From an uncultured delta proteobacterium (GTDB lineage Bacteria > Desulfobacterota > Syntrophorhabdia > Syntrophorhabdales > WCHB1-27): DNA of 30,613 bases. The translations under genes and the position numbers were made by a program. Within the stretch, counting starts at the first letter, position 1. Each line of letters begins with the position of its first letter. Positions 1 to 11,139 of this stretch are shown here, in pieces. The DNA is taken from positions 1-30,613 of the forward strand of contig CAWEPK010000002.1 of assembly GCA_963810935.1 (NCBI GenBank). Reading direction: 5' to 3'. The notes beneath the pieces were generated by a model, which saw only the letters and a program-made list of their open reading frames with translations, did not search any database and was not told the DNA's origin.

Positions 1-1386
1 TATCCTATACTTCTTCATAAGTGCATAGAGCCTGGGCCTGGACAGCCCGGATATCCTGCAGGCTTCCCTTATGTTGCTGCCCGCTATGCTCATAAGGTCT
101 TCAAGGTACTGCCTTTCCGCCTCTTGTAAGGCCGACTCCCTGAACCCCTTCAAAGGAGGAAGGGGTGAAGAAGGGGCACTCTCTTTAGCAGGCAGGTGGG
201 TCTCTTTGGTCACAGACGCCCTTGCCAGGCTCACCCTTATATGGGTAGGCAGGTGCTTGGGGAACAAGGTAGGCTCATGCCTTGCCATGGTAAGGGCCCT
301 TTCTATGGCATTTACCAGCTCCCGCACGTTCCCCGGCCACTCATAGGTAGACAGGGAGTCCAAAAACTCAGGCGCAAACCCCTTGGTCCCTATGCCGTAT
401 CTCTCGGAGAGCTTTGCCATGTGGTACATGACAAGCTCCCTTATATCTTCCTTCCTCTCCCTTAGAGGGGGCAGGTCTATGGTAAAGGTCTGGAGACGGA
501 AGAGAAGGCCCCTCCTGAAGTGGTGGGACTCGACCATCTCATCCAGGTTCCTGTTCGTAGCAGCCACCAGCCTGAAGTCCGACTCTATCTCCTTCTTCGA
601 GCCGACGGGCCTGAACCTGTGCTCCTGCAATACCCTTAAGAAGGCTTTCTGTATGACAGGGGGCAGCTCTCCCACCTCATCTAAGAAGAGGGTGCCCCCG
701 TGCGCCTGCCTGACAAGGCCGTCCTGGTCCTTATCGGCCCCTGTGAAGGCCCCCTTCTCATAGCCGAACAGGGTGCTCTCCACCAGTGTCTTAGGCAAGG
801 CTGTGCAGTCTACGACAACGAAGTTCTTATTGGCCCTCGGGGAGTTCTCGTGTATGGCCCTGGCGAACAACTCCTTGCCTGTGCCCGTCTCCCCTATGAT
901 TAAGACCGAGGCGTCGGAGTTTGCCGCCTGGGCTAAAACATCGAAGCAGCTTCGCATCCTGGGGGAGGAGCCTATGATGCCCTCCCACTTCAAGGCAACC
1001 GCAGGCTTCCTTGCCCTCTTTTCTTCCCTGTACTGCAATGCCCTTAAGAAGGGGAGCATCATCTCCTTTATCGATGACGGCTTCTCTATGTAGTCCCATG
1101 CCCCGTTCTTGATGGCAAGCTCCGCCCCGTCCGGGTCTCCATAGCCGGTCATTATGATAACCTCGGGAGGGGGGCTTATCTCTCTTATCTTGGGAAGGAT
1201 GTCCAGGCCTGAGCCGTCAGGCATGCGGATATCGAGGAAGACTATGTCGAAGCTGTCTTTGGAAAGCTGCCTCATCCCGTCGGTCAGGGTATGCGCCGAT
1301 TGGGCATCGTGACCTGTCCTATGCACCATGCTTGAGAGCATGTCGCACATGACCACATCGTCATCGATGATCATTACGTGGGCCAT
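1..1386 (-). CDS. Sigma-54-dependent response regulator, NtrC family (REC-AAA+-Fis HTH); 3' end runs off the window
   Basis: Manual minus-strand translation from ATG at 1386: MAHVMIIDDDVVMCDML...DIVFLDIRMPDGSG (receiver), GETGTGKE (Walker A), FGYEKGAFTGADK (GAFTGA), C-terminal ACRISGLSRPRLYALMKKYRI (HTH). Absent from the ORF track because no stop lies in the window. Confidence 0.93.
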   Translation of the reverse strand, partial: MAHVMIIDDDVVMCDMLSSMVHRTGHDAQSAHTLTDGMRQLSKDSFDIVFLDIRMPDGSGLDILPKIREISPPPEVIIMTGYGDPDGAELAIKNGAWDYIEKPSSIKEMMLPFLRALQYREEKRARKPAVALKWEGIIGSSPRMRSCFDVLAQAANSDASVLIIGETGTGKELFARAIHENSPRANKNFVVVDCTALPKTLVESTLFGYEKGAFTGADKDQDGLVRQAHGGTLFLDEVGELPPVIQKAFLRVLQEHRFRPVGSKKEIESDFRLVAATNRNLDEMVESHHFRRGLLFRLQTFTIDLPPLRERKEDIRELVMYHMAKLSERYGIGTKGFAPEFLDSLSTYEWPGNVRELVNAIERALTMARHEPTLFPKHLPTHIRVSLARASVTKETHLPAKESAPSSPLPPLKGFRESALQEAERQYLEDLMSIAGSNIREACRISGLSRPRLYALMKKYRI

Positions 1387-1504
1387 ATAAGCAAAATGAG
1401 TAAACATTATATGACTTTTAAAAGGAATTGTAAATGCATACAATAATTGCGGATAGGCCTACGGCGGCCCGCGCAGGCGATGCGGGCGCACTTTTGGAGG
1501 GGCG

Positions 1505-2551
1505 ATGCTGGAGATAGACGGGGGTACGGGCGAGGGAGGGGGCCAGATAGTAAGGAACTCGTTGAGCCTCTCCGCCCTGACCTGCACCCCCTTCCGTATA
1601 CATAATATCCGCATGAAAAGGCCGAAACCGGGGCTGCGGCCGCAGCACCTCGCGGCAGTGCAGGCAGCAGCAGCTATCAGCGGGGCCGCTGTCGAGGGGG
1701 CCCGCATCGGCTCGCCGGAGCTTCTCTTCCGGCCTCACATGACAAAGCCCGGCGAATACAGCTTCGATATCGGGACTGCCGGCGCCGTATCCCTTGTCCT
1801 TCAGGCGCTCATCCCTCCCCTGCTTTTCGCGGGGGGCCGTTCCCACCTTGCTATTACTGGAGGCACCCATGTGCCCATCAGCCCGCCTTTCGACTTCATC
1901 GAGCAGGTGTTCTTTCCCATTCTCGCACTGATGGGCGTCCGGCTCACCTGCTCGGTCGGTCCCTACGGCTTCTACCCCAAAGGCGGCGGGCGCGTCGAGG
2001 CGCATATCGAACCTTGCGCCGGACGTGCCCTCGCCCCGCTTTCGCTTGCCGGGCAAAAGGGCGTATCGGCAGTCAGGGGGACCTCGGCCGTCGCCAACCT
2101 GCCCCTTTCTATTGCGGAAAGGCAGAGGGCGTCGGCTGCCTCGATGCTTGAGAATGCGAATATCGATGCGAAAATCGGCGTAGTTTCCGTGCCTTCCCCC
2201 GGCCGCGGCACATTTCTTTTCCTGAAAACCGAGGGCGCGTGCCTGGCAGGCTTCTCCGCCATAGGGGTGCGCGGCAAGCGGGCAGAGGTTGTGGGCGCGG
2301 AAAGCGCGGGCAGCCTTCTTGCCCACATAAAGCGGCCGGGCTGTCTCGACCCTTACACATCGGACCAGGTGGTCCTCTATCTTGCCCTCGCGCAAGGGCG
2401 CTCGGAGTACACGACAACGCGGATAACACGCCACCTCGTTACCAATATCGGGGTCGTAAGAAGATTCATCGGGGCAGATATTGTTGTTGAGGGAGAGATA
2501 GATGCGCCGGGACGGGTCTCTATAGAGGGTATAGGATATCGGAAGGATTAA
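1505..2551 (+). CDS. rtcA: RNA 3'-terminal phosphate cyclase
   Basis: EIDGGTGEGGGQIVRNSLSLS, RPKPGLRPQHL, GGTHV, GFYPKGGG, ITRHLVTN (adenylated His); GGAGG RBS. Confidence 0.95.
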   Translation: MLEIDGGTGEGGGQIVRNSLSLSALTCTPFRIHNIRMKRPKPGLRPQHLAAVQAAAAISGAAVEGARIGSPELLFRPHMTKPGEYSFDIGTAGAVSLVLQALIPPLLFAGGRSHLAITGGTHVPISPPFDFIEQVFFPILALMGVRLTCSVGPYGFYPKGGGRVEAHIEPCAGRALAPLSLAGQKGVSAVRGTSAVANLPLSIAERQRASAASMLENANIDAKIGVVSVPSPGRGTFLFLKTEGACLAGFSAIGVRGKRAEVVGAESAGSLLAHIKRPGCLDPYTSDQVVLYLALAQGRSEYTTTRITRHLVTNIGVVRRFIGADIVVEGEIDAPGRVSIEGIGYRKD

Positions 2552-3487
2552 GGTTTGTTTATCTGCCGCCCTTCTTCGGACGGCCCGATTTTTTTCAGTA
2601 TCCTGCCGCTGTATGCGTCATAGACCCATAGCTGGAGCAGCCGGACGTGCACGTACCGGTGCTGGGCCAGATATTCACCCGGTTTTTCGGCCGTCGGCTT
2701 CACCTGCACCGTCTCCGACGTGACATACGGCTCGACCGGTGCGCACAGGACAAGCAGCCTGACGTTCCGCTGTAATTGCTCTGCCTCCTTTTTCCCGGCC
2801 GGGGCCCCGAAGACGATGCTGGAGACCATTAAGGCATCATCGAGGCTGCTTAACGATTTCCCCTTTTCCTGCTCTGCCTCCGCCAGCGGCTCCTTCTGGA
2901 CCGGGAAGTCGGAAAGGTTCTCGAATGCGACAGTATATTCGCGGAATTTCAGCTCTTCGATCTCGACCTTTTTGCCATTAGGCGCAGTATAGCGTACCTG
3001 TTGTCCACCGTAGGGGCATACGCGATCCTGAAGCCGAGATTCCTCATGTCAGGCGCGCCCCGGGCGAGGACCGCCCATAACGTGAATAGGCCGATATGGT
3101 CTGCTCGCGCTTGTCGTAGTCGATATCGGAGGGTTTCACCTGAAACGCGTAGACGCTGCCCGGCCTGACAGTCCACGATTGCGACACGACCGGCCGGAAG
3201 CCGGCCGCCCCGGCGCCCCCGGCCTGCGGCATACGGTTTTCGACCGAGGTGTAAATGGCCTGTATGTCGTGGCCGCCGTATGCGACAGGCAGCCGCGCGC
3301 GGGTGATGTCGAAGGGGGCGCTGTCATACTCCAGGGGGACCAGCTTTTCCATATCCATGCCCCGCCCGGGCAACAAGCGGCCGCTGCTCTCGCCGCCCCT
3401 TCGTTGCGCAAACAGGGGGGTGCTCAGGGCAAGAGCGGACAAGGCGAGTAACAGGGACCAGACGGCTATTTTTCCGCGGACTTTCAG
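2548..3487 (-). CDS. Exported hypothetical protein (~313 aa), split by two apparent single-base deletions near 3085 and 2990
   Basis: GGAGG then CTG-AAA-GTC gives signal peptide (M)KVRGKIAVWSLLLALSALALSTPLFAQ. The coding sense continues through ORF frames 3044..3442, 2949..3176 and 2548..2829, ending ...LWVYDAYSGRILKKI. Start codon and junctions are inferred. Confidence 0.55.
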
Positions 3488-3705
3488 CGGCCGTACCTCC
3501 TATCCATATTGCCAAAGGTTTTCTCATATCTGCCATCGCAAAAGCAATGAAAAGATTGAGGGCGCGGGTCGTCGCGTAATGGTGCGCGTCTTCCACCGTG
3601 CTTATATATAATTGTTGCAGGGAGTTTTGACCAAGAAGAGTCGTGTTGCTATGGATAGGCCGGGCCTGGCGGCCCGGAAAGCTTGCAGGAACAAAGGAGG
3701 AATAT

Positions 3706-4074
3706 ATGCGAAAGAGATTGCTGGTGTTCGGTCTTTTGCTTCTGGTCCTGGCATCATGTGCGACCATGGGCTTCCAGGGCCGCGATTCCACGTCGTACCT
3801 CGCGTTCGGCGATAAGCTCCAGAGCGCAGTCACGACCTACAAAGAGAAGGAACCCGGCCTCACGGAAGACCAGAAAAGGGAGTTTCAGGAGGCATATGCC
3901 GAGGCTTGCAAGGCCTTTCAGACCGCCGGGGGCCTTCTCAACGCCATCCTGAAGGCCGGAGACGAAGAAAGCGCGAATACGGCAGTTCTCTCATACAGGC
4001 GCGTAATGACTGAGCTTCCGGACCTCGTAAACAAGGTTGTCTGGATCGTCAGAGACTTCAAGACAGCGAAGTAG
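3706..4074 (+). CDS. Hypothetical lipoprotein (helical)
   Basis: AAGGAGG RBS then MRKRLLVFGLLLLVLASC lipobox. Confidence 0.8.
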   Translation: MRKRLLVFGLLLLVLASCATMGFQGRDSTSYLAFGDKLQSAVTTYKEKEPGLTEDQKREFQEAYAEACKAFQTAGGLLNAILKAGDEESANTAVLSYRRVMTELPDLVNKVVWIVRDFKTAK

Positions 4075-4171
4075 GGCTCCTGTATCACAACGATGCCGGA
4101 GATTGCCGAAAGCGCCGTCGCCGGTGAAGCCGCGTAGAAGCGGATTTTAATTTTTCGCCGGTTATGATATT

Positions 4172-5533
4172 GTGATTGGAGTGGAACCGCGAGTCGTCTC
4201 CCGCAAGGAACACCGTATATCACGAAGGAACATAAGCCCTAACGCCCTGCGCACGCTTTACCGGCTTCAGGCCCACGGCTTTATCGCCTACCTCGTGGGC
4301 GGGTGCGTCCGCGACCTGCTGCTCGGGCGTACCCCCAAGGACTTCGACGTCGGGACGAACGCAACCCCCGGCCAGATCAAGCGGCTTTTCCGCAACTGCC
4401 GCCTCATAGGCCGCCGCTTCAGGCTCGCCCACCTCCATTTTCAGGACGAGATTCTGGAGGTATCGACATTCCGGGGCGCCGGCCTTCCGGCAGACGAGGC
4501 GCAAGCGGACGAGGCGGCCCATCCCGGCCGTTTCCCGCGCCACTTGAAGGACGAGGCGGGAATGGTCCTCGCGGACAATGTCTTCGGCACGCCGGAACAA
4601 GACGCCCTGCGGCGCGACTTCACCATCAACGCCCTGGCGTACGATATCGCAGACTCGTCGGTCATCGACTACAGCACCGGGTTGGCCGATCTTAAGCAGC
4701 GCCTCATCCGCACGATAGGCGACCCCGATGTCCGGTTCACGGAAGACCCCGTGCGTATGCTGCGGGCCGTACGATTCGCAGCGTCCCACGACTTTGTCAT
4801 AGAACAGACCGCCTGGGAGAGCATCTGCGGCCTGTCGTCGATCGTCGCGCGCGTCTCTCCGTCAAGGCTTTACGAGGAGGCATTGAAGCTTTTTCTCCTC
4901 GGGTCCGCCCGCCCTGCCGCCACTCTCCTTGGAAAAAGCGGGCTTTTCGGCGCACTTTTTCCCGGCCTCGAAGACTGGCTGCGCGAAGAGAGTCAGCGGC
5001 AGACGGTCCTTGAAACAAACCTCGAGCAGCTCGACCAGGCCCAACGCGAAGGTAACCCGCCTTCCCTTGCGATATTTCTCGCCTCCGTTTTCGGGCCCGC
5101 GCTGGAGGAGGCAGCCCTTGCCCTGCACCGCGAGGGCATTCCTTATCAGCAGGCCATGGACGCGGTTTGCGGCGCTTTTACCAAGGAACTGTCGAAGACG
5201 GTCGCTATTCCGGGCAGGGTCGGCTTCAGGATGCGGGCGATAGTCGCACTTCAGGCCTCGTTGCGCAGGATCCCGCCGAGGCGGCCCGCCTCGATTACAT
5301 CCAGGCCGGAATTCGCAGAGGCCCTCGTGTATCTCCGGCTGACTGCAGACACTGCGCCGGATTACAGGGACGCCCTCGGATGGTGGGAAGCGTTTATCTC
5401 AGGCAACCCGGTCCTGCCGGCCCCGGAGGCAGCGGCCGATGGGCCAACCGGCAAAAAACGAAGAAGGAGACGCGGGAAACGGCGCCGCGGGCGCCGCCCC
5501 CCCACCCCGTCAGAGACGAACACCCCTTCCTGA
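4172..5533 (+). CDS. pcnB: Poly(A) polymerase I
   Basis: VGGCVRDLLLGRTPKDFD, PAP-specific LIGRRFRLAHLHF, RRDFTINAL, EDPVRMLRA, Arg-rich C-terminal tail. Exact start uncertain (GTG 4172 or 4181). Confidence 0.92.
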   Translation: MIGVEPRVVSRKEHRISRRNISPNALRTLYRLQAHGFIAYLVGGCVRDLLLGRTPKDFDVGTNATPGQIKRLFRNCRLIGRRFRLAHLHFQDEILEVSTFRGAGLPADEAQADEAAHPGRFPRHLKDEAGMVLADNVFGTPEQDALRRDFTINALAYDIADSSVIDYSTGLADLKQRLIRTIGDPDVRFTEDPVRMLRAVRFAASHDFVIEQTAWESICGLSSIVARVSPSRLYEEALKLFLLGSARPAATLLGKSGLFGALFPGLEDWLREESQRQTVLETNLEQLDQAQREGNPPSLAIFLASVFGPALEEAALALHREGIPYQQAMDAVCGAFTKELSKTVAIPGRVGFRMRAIVALQASLRRIPPRRPASITSRPEFAEALVYLRLTADTAPDYRDALGWWEAFISGNPVLPAPEAAADGPTGKKRRRRRGKRRRGRRPPTPSETNTPS

Positions 5534-5541
5534 AAAGAAGG

Positions 5542-7135
5542 CTACACGTCCATTAAGAGACTCTTCCCGCTCTTGAACCCCATGATTATTGCGCCCTTCG
5601 CCTTCTGAAAAAATGCGGCGACCAGCCCGGCGTCGACCGGCTCGTCGTGGAAGGTCCGGCTTGCCGCATCGTAGCAGACGAACCGCTTTTCCGTCAGAAG
5701 GCGCTCCACTATGGTCCGTTTCCTTTCGTCGCCCGCCGCGGCCGCAGGCAGGTCGCTTGCCCGCAACGGTGCATCGGGTGCGTCGAGAATGGTCTTTACG
5801 TAATTAATGAATCTCACGAGTTTTACGAACGTATACGTGACCTGCCTCGGAAAAAGCGGATTGACGGGGAGCATGACGCTTGAGCGCATGTAGCGCAAGG
5901 GGATGTCTATTTCTGCGGCCGAAGCCGCCATCGGGCTGCCCGGCGCAAGGTAAAAAATGCTCGGCCCGAGAAGAACCCGGTGTCCCATGAGGAAGCAGAG
6001 CGTCTCAAGGAGGTCGGCAGGGCTTTGGCTTGGCAGGCCGATGATGAAATGGACCTCCACGAGGAAAGACGAGGCGTCGAGCCAGGGCAGAAGCCGGACG
6101 AAAGAGTCGTGCGAGGCCCTGGCCTGGGCTGCGACCACAGGCAATGACAGGTCCACGAGCGAGAAATTGAGGCGCCGGAAGCCCGCCCGGTGCATAGCCT
6201 CCAGCGTCGGGGCATCCATCCGCGACGGATAGACCCCGTTCATGGCGGAAAGGGTCATCTGCCTGCCGCTGAAAAGGCCGAGTACCTCATGGAAGAGGCG
6301 CCTGTCGAGGTTGAGCATGTCGTCCTCGAAATCGACGGCCTCGATCCCTAATCGGGCGCATTCGTCTATCTCCTCTTCGATGGCCCGAAGGCCCCTTCGC
6401 CTGTAAGGTGCAGGCGGCTTGCCGCAGAAGCTGCACGCGTTGGGGCACCCCCTCGACGTCAGGAAAAAGGCGTAATTCTTTCTACCGATGCGGTAACGGT
6501 CCGCCTCGATGTATCGCCGGCCGGGGAGTCGGTCGATATCTGCCTCGACGGCGGGGAAGAGAGATATGGGGCGGGCCGCTGCCCTTGAAACAGAGGCCGT
6601 CGATGCCCTTTGTTCCGGGATCGAGGCCTGAAGCCAGGGCAGTCACCAGACTGAAAAACGACGTCTCGCCTTCCCCCCTTACGCAATAATCGACCGCCGG
6701 GCTCGCGAGTACCCGCTCAGGGAAGAGTGTGGCGTGGACCCCGCCGACAACCGTGACGATCTCTCTACCTGCCTCCTTTGCAGCTTCCGCCACCTCGATG
6801 GCCTGCCGCTCGAAGGCGCTGCACATTGCCGAGACGGCCACGATATCCGGCCTTTCCTTTTCCATGGCCGCCTTTATCGAGGCACGGGGCAGGCCGAACC
6901 GGCTGTAGCGGGAAAAAAACGAGAAGGGAGTAAAGACGTTCTCCCTGTAGAACGGCCCCAACTCCTTGAAATCATTAGCCACAGTGACCGGCTTACGGCC
7001 CGTCCTAGCGTCGAGAACGGCCACATCGGCGATTTCGCCCACTGCGGCGGCAATATAGAGGAGGCCGAGGGGATAGGTCCTGATCGAAGTGTCATAGAAA
7101 TCTTCGATGGGCGGCTGCACCAGGAGCACCTTCAT
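5542..7135 (-). CDS. B12-binding-domain radical SAM protein (~530 aa), with a +1 frameshift at GGGG 6553-6556
   Basis: N-terminal MKVLLVQPP...YPLGLLYIAA...VGGVHAT...RGEGE. After removing one base the frame continues to TSRGCPNACSFC (CxxxCxxC), FEDDMLNLD and into ORF 5542..6318. Confidence 0.88.
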
Positions 7136-7466
7136 ACGTATCACTATAGTTAAAAACCGCGATGAATGGAAGGAGCAGACAACCCGAATAATTGCAGTTC
7201 TGGCATATTTGCCGGAACCATCCGTAATATCTCGCGGTTACTCCGCTGAAAACGGCTATTTTCGGTCACGCGGCCACAGGCCCGGTTCTTGCAGATTTGC
7301 CGGTTGGGTTAGTACGCCACAATATATTGTGTTATGTCCGCATCGCCTTTGTAGAAGAGAGGCTCTACATGATGCGCATCCGCCCGGCCACCCCTTTCCC
7401 CGAAAACGGTTTCCCTGTAGATACATGTACGGGCAGAGCAGCCGGAAAGGCAGTATTATTGCCTAG

Positions 7467-7495
7467 TTGTCTCCGGTTACAAAACACGATATACT
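7467..7495 (+). promoter_or_regulatory. Putative sigma-70 promoter of the formate dehydrogenase operon
   Basis: TTGTCT-N17-TATACT, about 30 bp upstream of the nuoE-like ATG. Confidence 0.55.
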
Positions 7496-7527
7496 CTTCT
7501 GAAGACTTACAAGCTAAGGGAGGTAAT

Positions 7528-7992
7528 ATGGCAGAGAGCAACGATTTTTCCCAGGTAGACCAGGTCCTCAAGGGGCACCGCAAGGAAGAGGGCTCACTCA
7601 TACCGGTACTCCAGGAGGTCCAGGCGATATACGGCTACCTGCCGGAGGAGGCCCTGGTGCTCGTCAGCCGGGGACTCGACCTTCCCATGAGCCGGGTGTA
7701 CGGGGTGGTCACATTCTACTCGCAGTTTTACCTGACGCGCAGGGGGCGCCATACCGTCCGCGTCTGCAGGGGCACAGCGTGCCACGTACGCGGCGGTAAG
7801 TCGGTCCTTGATACGGTCAAGGATTACCTCGGACTGGAAGACGGCGAAACTTCGCCAGATTTTTCTTTCTCTCTGGAGACCGTGGCCTGTCTGGGCACAT
7901 GCTTTCTTGCGCCTGTCATGATGGTCGACAAGAGCTATTACGGCAAGCTCGTGGGTCCGAAGGTCCCTGCCATACTCTCACAATACAAGTAA
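7528..7992 (+). CDS. NuoE/HydC-like [2Fe-2S] subunit
   Basis: GGAGGT RBS; LIPVLQEVQAIYGYLP, VVTFYSQF, VCRGTACHVRG, VACLGTCFLAP. Confidence 0.93.
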   Translation: MAESNDFSQVDQVLKGHRKEEGSLIPVLQEVQAIYGYLPEEALVLVSRGLDLPMSRVYGVVTFYSQFYLTRRGRHTVRVCRGTACHVRGGKSVLDTVKDYLGLEDGETSPDFSFSLETVACLGTCFLAPVMMVDKSYYGKLVGPKVPAILSQYK

Positions 7993-8007
7993 GCGAAGGG
8001 GGACAAG

Positions 8008-11000
8008 GTGAATAGATTAAGATCGACGTCCGACCTGGAGGCTCTTCGGGCCAGGATCAGACAGGAGAGCGACCCGAACAAGATGGTGGTCCGCATCTGC
8101 ATGACCGGGTGCAGGGCATACGGGGCGGAAGAGGCGAGAGACGCATTTGTCCGGGAGATCGCGAGCCGCGGCCTTGAAAAGAAGGTAGAGGTCCGGGAAA
8201 CGGGCTGCCATGGCTTCTGTGCCAGGGCGCCGGTAGCCGCCATAGACCCCCTCGATATATTTTATCAGCAGTTCTCGGCCGAAGATGTACCTGAAATCAT
8301 TTCGGAAACAATAGAAAAGGGCCACGTGATCGAGCGCCTCGCTTTCCCGGATCCAGGCACGCAGGAGCGGATCTCCCACAGGGGCGATATTCCCTTCTAT
8401 AAGGGACAGACCCAGATTGTGCTGCGAAACTGCGGCAAAATCGACCCGCGCAGCATCGAGCAGTACATAGCCAGGGACGGCTACGCTGCGCTCGCCAAGG
8501 TCATGGGGACCATGAAGCCGGAAGAGGTCGTCGAGGAGGTAAAGAAATCGGGCCTTCGCGGACGCGGGGGTGCGGGCTTCCCGACGGGTGTCAAGTGGTC
8601 GTTCTTTGCCGCTGCGCCAAAAGGGACTAAATACCTGATATGCAACGCCGACGAGGGAGACCCGGGGGCCTTCATGGACCGGGCCGTGCTTGAAGGCGAC
8701 CCCAACAGCGTCATGGAGGGGATGCTGATAGCCGCCTATGCCACCGGGGCAACGCACGGTTACGTTTACGTGCGCGCCGAGTATCCGATTGCGGTCGAGC
8801 ACCTGAAGATCGCGACGGCCCAGGCCAGAGAGCTTGGCCTTCTGGGCGAGAACATCCTCGGCTCCGGCCTTTCGTTCGACCTTACGATCAAGGAAGGGGC
8901 AGGCGCCTTCGTCTGCGGCGAAGAGACGGCCCTTATCGCGTCAATCGAAGGCCGCAGGGGCACGCCGAGGCCCCGTCCGCCCTTCCCCGCCCAGTCGGGT
9001 CTCTGGGGGAAGCCGACAAACATCAATAACGTCGAGACCTTCGCGAATATCTCCTCGATCATCCTGAACGGCGCGGACTGGTATGCATCGATGGGTACCG
9101 AGTCGAGCAAGGGAACGAAGATATTCTCCTTGGCCGGCCGCATCAATAACACGGGCCTCGTAGAGGTGCCTATCGGTTTGCCGCTGCACGAGGTCATTTT
9201 TAAGGTCGGGGGCGGCATCCCGAGGGGACGACAGTTCAAGGCGGTCCAGATGGGAGGACCGTCGGGCGGCTGCGTGCCCATGAAATACCTGAACCTCCCT
9301 ATAGATTACGGCTCACTCGAATCGGTGGGTGCGATCATGGGGTCGGGCGGCATGGTCGTAATGGACCGAAATACCTGTATGGTGGACGTTGCCCGCTTCT
9401 TCCTCAGCTTTACCCAGACCGAGTCGTGCGGGAAGTGCGTCCCGTGCCGCCTGGGCACGAAGCGGATGCTCGAGATCCTGACGCGCATCACGAAGGGCGA
9501 GGGCCGGGAAGGGGACATCGAGCTCCCTGGAGGAGGTCGGCCAATCGGTTAAGGACGCCAGCCTATGCGGCCTGGGCCAGACGGCCGCCAACCCCGTCCT
9601 GTCCACGATACGCCACTTCAGGGAAGAATACGAGGCGCACATAAAATACAAGCGGTGCCCGGCCGGCGTCTGCGAAGCCCTGGTCTTCGCACCGTGCGAG
9701 AATACGTGCCCCGTCCAGTGCGACGCGGTCGGCTACACGTCTTTACTGGCTGCGGGCAGGTACGAAGAGGCCCTCAGCCTCATCAGGCTCACAATGCCGC
9801 TGCCCGGCGTCTGCGGGAGGGTCTGCAACCATCCCTGCGAGAAGGTCTGCAAGCGGGGGGAGATCGATGACCCGATTGCCATATCCGCACTGAAGCGGTT
9901 CGCCGCTGACTGGGAGATAAAGCAGGGGAAAATGGCGCCGCCCGTCTTCATCGAGAAACCCAAGGCGGAGAAAGTTGCCGTTGTCGGGTCGGGGCCTGCG
10001 GGTTTGAGCGCCGCCTACCAACTGGGCAGGCGCGGCTACAAGGTGACGGTCTTCGAGGCGCTTCCTGCCGTCGGAGGCATGCTCTCCGTCGGCATCCCTG
10101 ACTTCCGGCTGCCGAGGGACGTGCTCGGACACGATATCGATTTCATCCGCCTGCACAATGTCGAGATCGTAACGGGCAAGGCCCTGGGCAAGGATTTTGC
10201 CGTCAAAGACCTCTTCGGACAGGGATTTAAGGCGGTCTTCCTCGCGATGGGCGCAAACCTCGACCAGAAGCTGGGCATACCGGGCGAGGACGTGGAAGGC
10301 GTGCTGCCCGGCGTAGAGTTCCTGCGGCGGGCGAACCTCGGCGAGAAGGTCAAAGTGGGCAAAAAGGTGGCCGTCATTGGCGGCGGGAACGTGGCGGTCG
10401 ACGCAGCGCGGGTCGCCGTCCGCAACGGCGCAAAGAGCGTAACCATTATTTACCGCAGGACGCGGGACGAGATGCCTGCCAGCGTCGAGGAGATAGAAGA
10501 GGCCGAAGACGAAAAGATAGAAATCGAATTCCTCCTTGCGCCGCTCAAGGTCATAGCGAAGAAAGGCAAGGTCGCCGGGATCGAATGCCAAAAGATGACG
10601 CTCGGCGAATACGACGAGAGCGGGAGGGCCAGGCCCGTCCCCGTTCCCGGCTCGGAGCGCGTTATCGAGGCGGATACGATCATATCGGCCATCGGTTATG
10701 CGCCGGAGATCCTGCGGCTATCGGAAAACGGCCATTTTCCGCGGAATAAAAACGGGACGCTCGTAGTCGACGACGTGACCCTGGCGACGAACGTGCCCGG
10801 TGTCTTTGCGGGCGGGGACGTGGTGACCGGCGCATCGACGGTAGTGCAGGCAATGGCCGGCGGCTGGCGTGCCGCCGTCTCCGTCGACAGGTACCTGAAA
10901 GGGCAAGACCTCTACAAGGACCGTATATACACGGCCGCAAAGAGGGCCGACGTGCCGCGCGACGAGGCAGCCGCGGAAGCGGCCGGCGAGGCGAGAGGCC

Positions 11001-11137
11001 GGGCGGTTATGCCCCAACTGGGCGCGGCGATGCGGGTTTGCAGCTTTACGGAGGTGAACACGGGCTTCGATGAACAGACCGCCTTGAGCGAGGCGAAGCG
11101 CTGCTTGCGATGTGACCTTGAAAGGAAGAAGGGGTAG
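8008..11137 (+). CDS. NuoF/HydB-like FMN/NAD subunit fused to a GltD/NfnL-like FAD/NAD(P) module (~1042 aa), with a +1 frameshift at CCC 9525-9527
   Basis: Thioredoxin-like 2Fe-2S N-terminus, [43 protein letters not shown]. Removing one C gives ...[26 protein letters not shown]...[16 protein letters not shown]...APCENTCP, in frame with ORF 9794..11137 ([36 protein letters not shown]). Confidence 0.9.
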
Positions 11138-11139
11138 AC

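Noticed and set aside
1387..1504. Sigma-54 promoter for rtcA
   Set aside because: No GG-N10-GC with the TGGC/TTGC consensus at correct spacing.
7150..7527. Moco/Wco riboswitch or sigma-54 promoter upstream of the FDH operon
   Set aside because: No recognisable riboswitch core; TGGCATATTTGCC at 7201 has the wrong spacing.
7297..7527. N-terminal extensions from the ORF track (7297 for nuoE-like, 3643 for the lipoprotein, 26525 for AcsE-like)
   Set aside because: Downstream starts have strong SD sequences and family-typical N-termini.
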